From a virus: a DNA stretch of 64,000 bases. Below the pieces are notes generated by a model that saw only the letters and a list, made by a program, of their open reading frames with translations, made no database searches and was not told the origin of the DNA. The stretch covers positions 26,403-90,402 of IMG/VR virus record IMGVR_UViG_3300047476_000792, one strand, 5' to 3'. Below, in pieces: positions 59,775 through 64,000 of the stretch (position 1 is the stretch's first letter; each line of letters opens with the position of its first letter). Made by a program: the position numbers and the translations under genes.

Positions 59775-60518
59775 ATGCGATTTAAAATAGTAGTCCCTAC
59801 AATGAAGACCGTTGAGGAATATAGAAATAGTCACTTTTTCGAATGTATCGATAAGCTCGAAAATGACAACTCCGAACAATATGATGTATCTATAGAATTA
59901 TTCTGTGAGAATAAAACGAGTTTATCCGAGTTATATCAAAACTGTTTAAATAAAAGTTCAAAATATGATTATGTCATTTTCATGCACGACGACCTAGAAA
60001 TACATGATCAATTCTTTTTCGAGAAGCTTATAAAAGCTCATGAACAATATGATATAGTAGGTCTTGCGGGGGCGACCAGTCAAGACTATTCTACTATTAT
60101 CATGCCTAGTGGACAAGAACTTCCCTTAGTCTGGCATCTACGGAAAACGAAACCTGAGCACGGACGGGGTATCGTTTCACATACGATACCTAAAGGATTT
60201 AATGGATGCGAATTCAGCCACATCAATTCAGCCTACTTCGGGCCAACTCCTTGTAGGGTGGCTGTTATAGATGGCCTGTTCATGTCTTTTAAAATGGAAT
60301 CGTTGAAAGAAAAAGATGAAGTTTTTGACAGAGATTTTACGTTTCACCACTATGATATGGGAATGGCTGTGCGTGCTAACATAATGAGCCTAACTATGGG
60401 AGTATATCCTATATTCTGTATACACCATGGACTAGGAGAATATGCTAATGATAAAACGTGGCATCTCATGGCAGAAAAATTTAAACAAAAATATAGTAAT
60501 TACAAAACAGAAGTATGA
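59775..60518 (+). CDS. glycosyltransferase (GT2-like)
   Basis: YVIFMHDD, VGLAG, VIDGLF, FD..FTFHHYD; start at 59775 after TTGCGT-N17-TAAATT. Confidence 0.8.
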   Translation: MRFKIVVPTMKTVEEYRNSHFFECIDKLENDNSEQYDVSIELFCENKTSLSELYQNCLNKSSKYDYVIFMHDDLEIHDQFFFEKLIKAHEQYDIVGLAGATSQDYSTIIMPSGQELPLVWHLRKTKPEHGRGIVSHTIPKGFNGCEFSHINSAYFGPTPCRVAVIDGLFMSFKMESLKEKDEVFDRDFTFHHYDMGMAVRANIMSLTMGVYPIFCIHHGLGEYANDKTWHLMAEKFKQKYSNYKTEV

Positions 60519-60898
60519 GTATATCTTTACTAGATAATAGCATTAGCACTATTGATGAACAGTTCTGGAAACATCGAAATATAAATCGAAAAACTTTCGG
60601 ATATTGGCGACGTTCATTGAGGATCGATCATAGCGATTTACCGTTCCCCACAGATTTTATAGATACTTCCTGGGATATTTCTTTCAGAAATAAGTTGCTG
60701 AACATTTTGAAGACTGCTAATGTGGATGAATACTGGCTTGGATGGTCTAATTGCCGTATATGTGGTATAATGAATGGGTCTAAATGTATGGAGATAAATG
60801 GCTTAGTATTTCCTGAAGGTCTGTCCCATTATATAAAAGATCATGGCCTTAGACCTCCTGATGAAATTTTAAAAATTATATATGAAAAATCCACTTGA
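60515..60898 (+). CDS. hypothetical protein
   Basis: GWSNCRICG..NGS...FPEGL.HYI..H. Confidence 0.6.
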   Translation: MSISLLDNSISTIDEQFWKHRNINRKTFGYWRRSLRIDHSDLPFPTDFIDTSWDISFRNKLLNILKTANVDEYWLGWSNCRICGIMNGSKCMEINGLVFPEGLSHYIKDHGLRPPDEILKIIYEKST

Positions 60899-61289
60899 AT
60901 TCGCAAGAGAAATTTTAACCGAAAAAGAACAGCATCCAATTCTTCCATGTGATTCTTTTGTTAAATTTCTGATCCAAAGATATTTATCAACCGCATCAAT
61001 GACACACTGTAATCTAATAAACAGTACGTTGAATATGAAATTGAAGGGGTGGGACGATGATCAAGAGATTTATAACTTTTTAAAATGCTTAATCCCTAAA
61101 GTTAAGAGTGCCTATATGCCTTATATCTGGCAGAAGAAAGAATATAAAGATCCTCCATTTGATATCGGATTAGTAGCAGAAAATCTGGAAATATCTAAGA
61201 GAGAATTAGAGGATTTAATTGATATTTTTCCTGATTTGGTTGATAATTATACAGAAACTTCTGAAAAAATCTTGCAAGAACAAAAGTAG
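60882..61289 (+). CDS. gp62: clamp loader small subunit (gp62-like)
   Basis: FLIQRYLS, YNFL..LIPK, VAE...IS.RE. Confidence 0.6.
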   Translation: MKNPLEFAREILTEKEQHPILPCDSFVKFLIQRYLSTASMTHCNLINSTLNMKLKGWDDDQEIYNFLKCLIPKVKSAYMPYIWQKKEYKDPPFDIGLVAENLEISKRELEDLIDIFPDLVDNYTETSEKILQEQK

Positions 61290-61305
61290 TGCCTAAATAA
61301 AATAA

Positions 61306-61749
61306 ATGTCAGAAGAACTTACTAAATTAACTCAGCACACTATATCACATGCTATTCAAAAGCACTTTAGAACGGAAAAGATTGTAAATTATGATCTAGA
61401 CTTTTCTAGATGGAATATTAAAAAATTATATAAAGATACGCTCTGGGTACAAATGATTGATGATCCTGATGCGGATACTATCATACGCAACGGCATCAGC
61501 ATCCCAATTAGTCAATCAAAGGGTCTTTATCGTCTAGGAAAAATTCTTATGGCTGGACCCGATGTTAAACATGCCCAAATAGGAGAATACATCAGATTTG
61601 CTAATGGACTTGGCTCCCCATTTGAACAAAAAGTTGGTGGTTATAAAACCATGTTAATCCGCGAAGAACAAGTTATGATGGTTGTGGAATTTGATGGTTC
61701 TGAAGATGAAATTAAGAGAAGTATAGAGGATAACGTTTTATTACAGTAA
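61306..61749 (+). CDS. co-chaperonin GroES/gp31-like
   Basis: L.D.LWV, RNGISIP mobile loop, GKILMAGPDVK..QIGE, LIREEQVMMVV. Confidence 0.75.
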   Translation: MSEELTKLTQHTISHAIQKHFRTEKIVNYDLDFSRWNIKKLYKDTLWVQMIDDPDADTIIRNGISIPISQSKGLYRLGKILMAGPDVKHAQIGEYIRFANGLGSPFEQKVGGYKTMLIREEQVMMVVEFDGSEDEIKRSIEDNVLLQ

Positions 61750-61750
61750 T

Positions 61751-61978
61751 ATGAACGAGTTACAATTTTGTTATTGGCTGCAAGGTTTTTTTGAACTTAG
61801 TAATCCAAAAACTTTGGATGAAAATCAAGTACAAGAGATTAAGAATCATCTCAATTTGGTGTTTAAAAAGGTTACACCCGTTCTAGAACCTTCTTATTGT
61901 TCTCCCGATCATTCCAACTTAGGGTATCATAAATTATTTACAGGACATACAGGAGTGAGTGCAACACCACTCTGTTGA
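61751..61978 (+). CDS. hypothetical phage protein
   Basis: FCYWLQGFFEL...QV..IK.HL.LVF.KVTP. Confidence 0.65.
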   Translation: MNELQFCYWLQGFFELSNPKTLDENQVQEIKNHLNLVFKKVTPVLEPSYCSPDHSNLGYHKLFTGHTGVSATPLC

Positions 61979-61989
61979 TAAATATATGA

Positions 61990-62502
61990 ATGAACAACAG
62001 TCAACTTCAATCTATCTTAGGAACTAATGTAGTAGAATTGACATTTGTTAGAAGACACCCAAAATTGGGATGGTCAGATATAAGGGGGATGTTCGGAACC
62101 ACGAACTTCCCCCTTCTTAATGGGGATTTTGGTTCACAGGTTTTACACTTCCACCCTCCTAAAGGTGTTGGAATGGGATATAATTATAAAGCATATAATC
62201 TATGCGTTGTGTGGGATATGTTTCGACAAGAATACCGGGTATTTGGTGCAGAGCAAGTGGAAATTAGAAAACAATTTCCACTTAACACTCCTGAAGAACA
62301 AGAGCAATTCATGCAGTATTTTTATGATTATATAATAGGTATGTCTAATCAACAAAAGATTGATTTTATGGGATACGTCGGAAATATGATCATTCCTGGG
62401 CAAGTTGCACAAAACACACCCGATAAAATTCCAAACAAGCTATCAAATATATACGATAAATTTAAATCAGGTATTTCGCAATTTTTTAACAAAAAACCTT
62501 GA
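61990..62502 (+). CDS. WYL_2/DUF2693-like SH3-fold protein
   Basis: VVELTFVRR, R.M.GT, VVWD...EYRVF. Confidence 0.55.
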   Translation: MNNSQLQSILGTNVVELTFVRRHPKLGWSDIRGMFGTTNFPLLNGDFGSQVLHFHPPKGVGMGYNYKAYNLCVVWDMFRQEYRVFGAEQVEIRKQFPLNTPEEQEQFMQYFYDYIIGMSNQQKIDFMGYVGNMIIPGQVAQNTPDKIPNKLSNIYDKFKSGISQFFNKKP

Positions 62503-62532
62503 AATACTTGTTTTGTATTTTAAATAGTTTTT

Positions 62533-62907
62533 ATGTTTCCCGATTCTTCTTCTGAAAAAATTGAAAATATCTTTGAGAAATATTTTCAAAAATATTTAGA
62601 GATTTATATTAAAGATGTGCTATTTAAACAAGGACGTTTTATCCTAGTAGATAATAAAATAACAGGTAATAATTACTATTATGAATTACTTCTAGAAAGA
62701 ACTAAAAAGATAGATGTTATAAAAATTCCATTTCCTTTCCATGTAGAAGAACATTCGTCAGAAGGAATAATGTATTTTGATTATAGGATAGACACCCTTA
62801 TAAAATACTCGAATATAAAAAGATCAGCAATAGACGGAATTATTACCAATTATAATAATATTCCATCAAAATTATTTGATAATATATTAGAATTTAAGTT
62901 TAAATGA
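62533..62907 (+). CDS. hypothetical protein
   Basis: 124 aa ORF preceded by TTAAATA. Confidence 0.6.
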   Translation: MFPDSSSEKIENIFEKYFQKYLEIYIKDVLFKQGRFILVDNKITGNNYYYELLLERTKKIDVIKIPFPFHVEEHSSEGIMYFDYRIDTLIKYSNIKRSAIDGIITNYNNIPSKLFDNILEFKFK

Positions 62908-63143
62908 ATACGAAATTATTATATTTTTCTATTTTTAGCGGAGACATATATGAAATTATGCCCGAAGACGAGAAAGCATTAGACAGCTTTCAAATACCTT
63001 TAAAAATGAGACCCAAAGGGTGTCGAAAATGTAAGGGTTGTTTCTATATTCATTACGATCTAACTAATAAAAAGTTTGATATATGCCCTAGGTGTGCAAA
63101 AAAATATATAGATTATAATAAATTATTAAATGAAAAACCCTGA
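62904..63143 (+). CDS. small zinc-finger-like protein
   Basis: CRKC...CPRC. Confidence 0.6.
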   Translation: MNTKLLYFSIFSGDIYEIMPEDEKALDSFQIPLKMRPKGCRKCKGCFYIHYDLTNKKFDICPRCAKKYIDYNKLLNEKP

Positions 63144-63432
63144 TAAGATAATAAATGGATTTTTATATATCCAGGACGAGGATACCGTAGTGTTTATATC
63201 TTTATACACTGAACAGAAACAGTATTATGAGTCCATATTATTCAATAAGTTTCTAAAGGATTATAAGATAAATAAAAAACATATAATCCTTGCTCATGAA
63301 GAGCATGGAAACGTGACACCGCTATATACTACACGACATAAGGGTGGATGTGATGTTGCTGAATTAGATTTTGATAAATTAATTCAGGAAGTATATTCTA
63401 TTTGTATAGAAGTCACTAAGTATAATTTTTAA
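63130..63432 (+). CDS. hypothetical protein
   Basis: 100 aa ORF. Confidence 0.55.
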   Translation: MKNPDKIINGFLYIQDEDTVVFISLYTEQKQYYESILFNKFLKDYKINKKHIILAHEEHGNVTPLYTTRHKGGCDVAELDFDKLIQEVYSICIEVTKYNF

Positions 63433-63434
63433 TA

Positions 63435-64000
63435 CTAATACAGTACTGTTCCCGTAGGTTCTAGAACTGTGTAATTCGTTTTAGCTATATTATTGACTTT
63501 ATCAAATTTTCCTCCCAAAGTTATATGCCCAGTTGAATTTATAGTCATATCTTGGATAATAGGGTATACAGTTGGGCTTGTGTATTCTATACTTATATAT
63601 CCCGATGGAGAATTAAACGCTGTATTAAGTGTCCCGCCAGATGTATAATTATACAAGGTTCCGTATTTCGTCGAAGATACTATTGGCGACACATAATAGT
63701 ATATGAATATATTTTCTCCCTTTCCTCTAATTTTCAGACCTTCGAAATTCGAAGAAGTTGTTGCTATAGTATGGGACCATATTGTGGCTCCTGTATAACT
63801 TATTCTTAGAAGCTTTAAATGTTTTTTGTTCGTTGCAGTTCCGACTACGATGATGGAATCATCTGGGAGAATGTATAAATCCGAAACGGAGTCCATACCT
63901 GAAACTGAAGTATTTGCATTAAAAGTAAGATCAACTGCACCAGTATCTTTCCTAACTCTGGCGATAAACTTCCTGGCAACACTTCTTATCGATGTAAAAT
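63435..64000 (-). CDS. delta-60-repeat beta-propeller-like protein (5' partial), probably virion-associated
   Basis: GAVDLTFN, PDDSIIVVG, GTLNTAF, ITLGGKF; reading frame continues upstream of 63896. Confidence 0.55.
   Translation of the reverse strand, partial: FTSIRSVARKFIARVRKDTGAVDLTFNANTSVSGMDSVSDLYILPDDSIIVVGTATNKKHLKLLRISYTGATIWSHTIATTSSNFEGLKIRGKGENIFIYYYVSPIVSSTKYGTLYNYTSGGTLNTAFNSPSGYISIEYTSPTVYPIIQDMTINSTGHITLGGKFDKVNNIAKTNYTVLEPTGTVLY

Noticed and set aside
22-63809. Numerous 60-120 aa antisense or nested ORFs in the track
   Set aside because: They are shadow ORFs of longer motif-bearing genes, with no independent evidence
1-64000. Stop-codon reassignment (TAG or TGA), as in some large phages
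   Set aside because: Core genes are full length under code 11, both TAG and TGA end well-packed genes, and coding density is high
1-64000. CRISPR array, tRNA or long ncRNA
   Set aside because: No spaced direct repeats or cloverleafs were seen; intergenic gaps are short and explained by promoters or terminators

Overview
This AT-rich, gene-dense window comes from a large T4-like myovirus (standard genetic code; no tRNA, rRNA or CRISPR seen). Replication, recombination and transcription genes on the + strand: Dda-like helicase, UvsY, UvsW, gp55, gp47, gp46, gp43, UvsX, gp41, gp32, gp45-like clamp, gp62, intein-containing primase and a GroES/gp31-like co-chaperonin. A baseplate/tail module lies on the - strand (split gp5, and gp27-, gp53-, gp48-, gp29-, two gp26- and tube-like genes), next to an amidase endolysin on the + strand. 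A ~15 kb accessory island splits gp47 from gp46. It carries CoA-biosynthesis genes (coaB, Hal3/PPCDC-like coaC) and a glycosylation cluster (about 7 glycosyltransferase-like genes, radical SAM/SPASM, methyltransferase, NDP-sugar epimerase). The most unusual signals are: (i) a free-standing mini-gene ending in the Gol-peptide segment of the major capsid protein, and a catalytically degenerate terminase-ATPase-only gene, which may be decoys of virion proteins sensed by host immunity; (ii) three adjacent small proteins sharing a C-terminal IE(N/S)IKF tag; (iii) scattered late genes with a shared N-terminal capsid-targeting-like motif; (iv) promoter placement implying largely leaderless mRNAs. All protein calls come from motif recognition by eye, without database searches.
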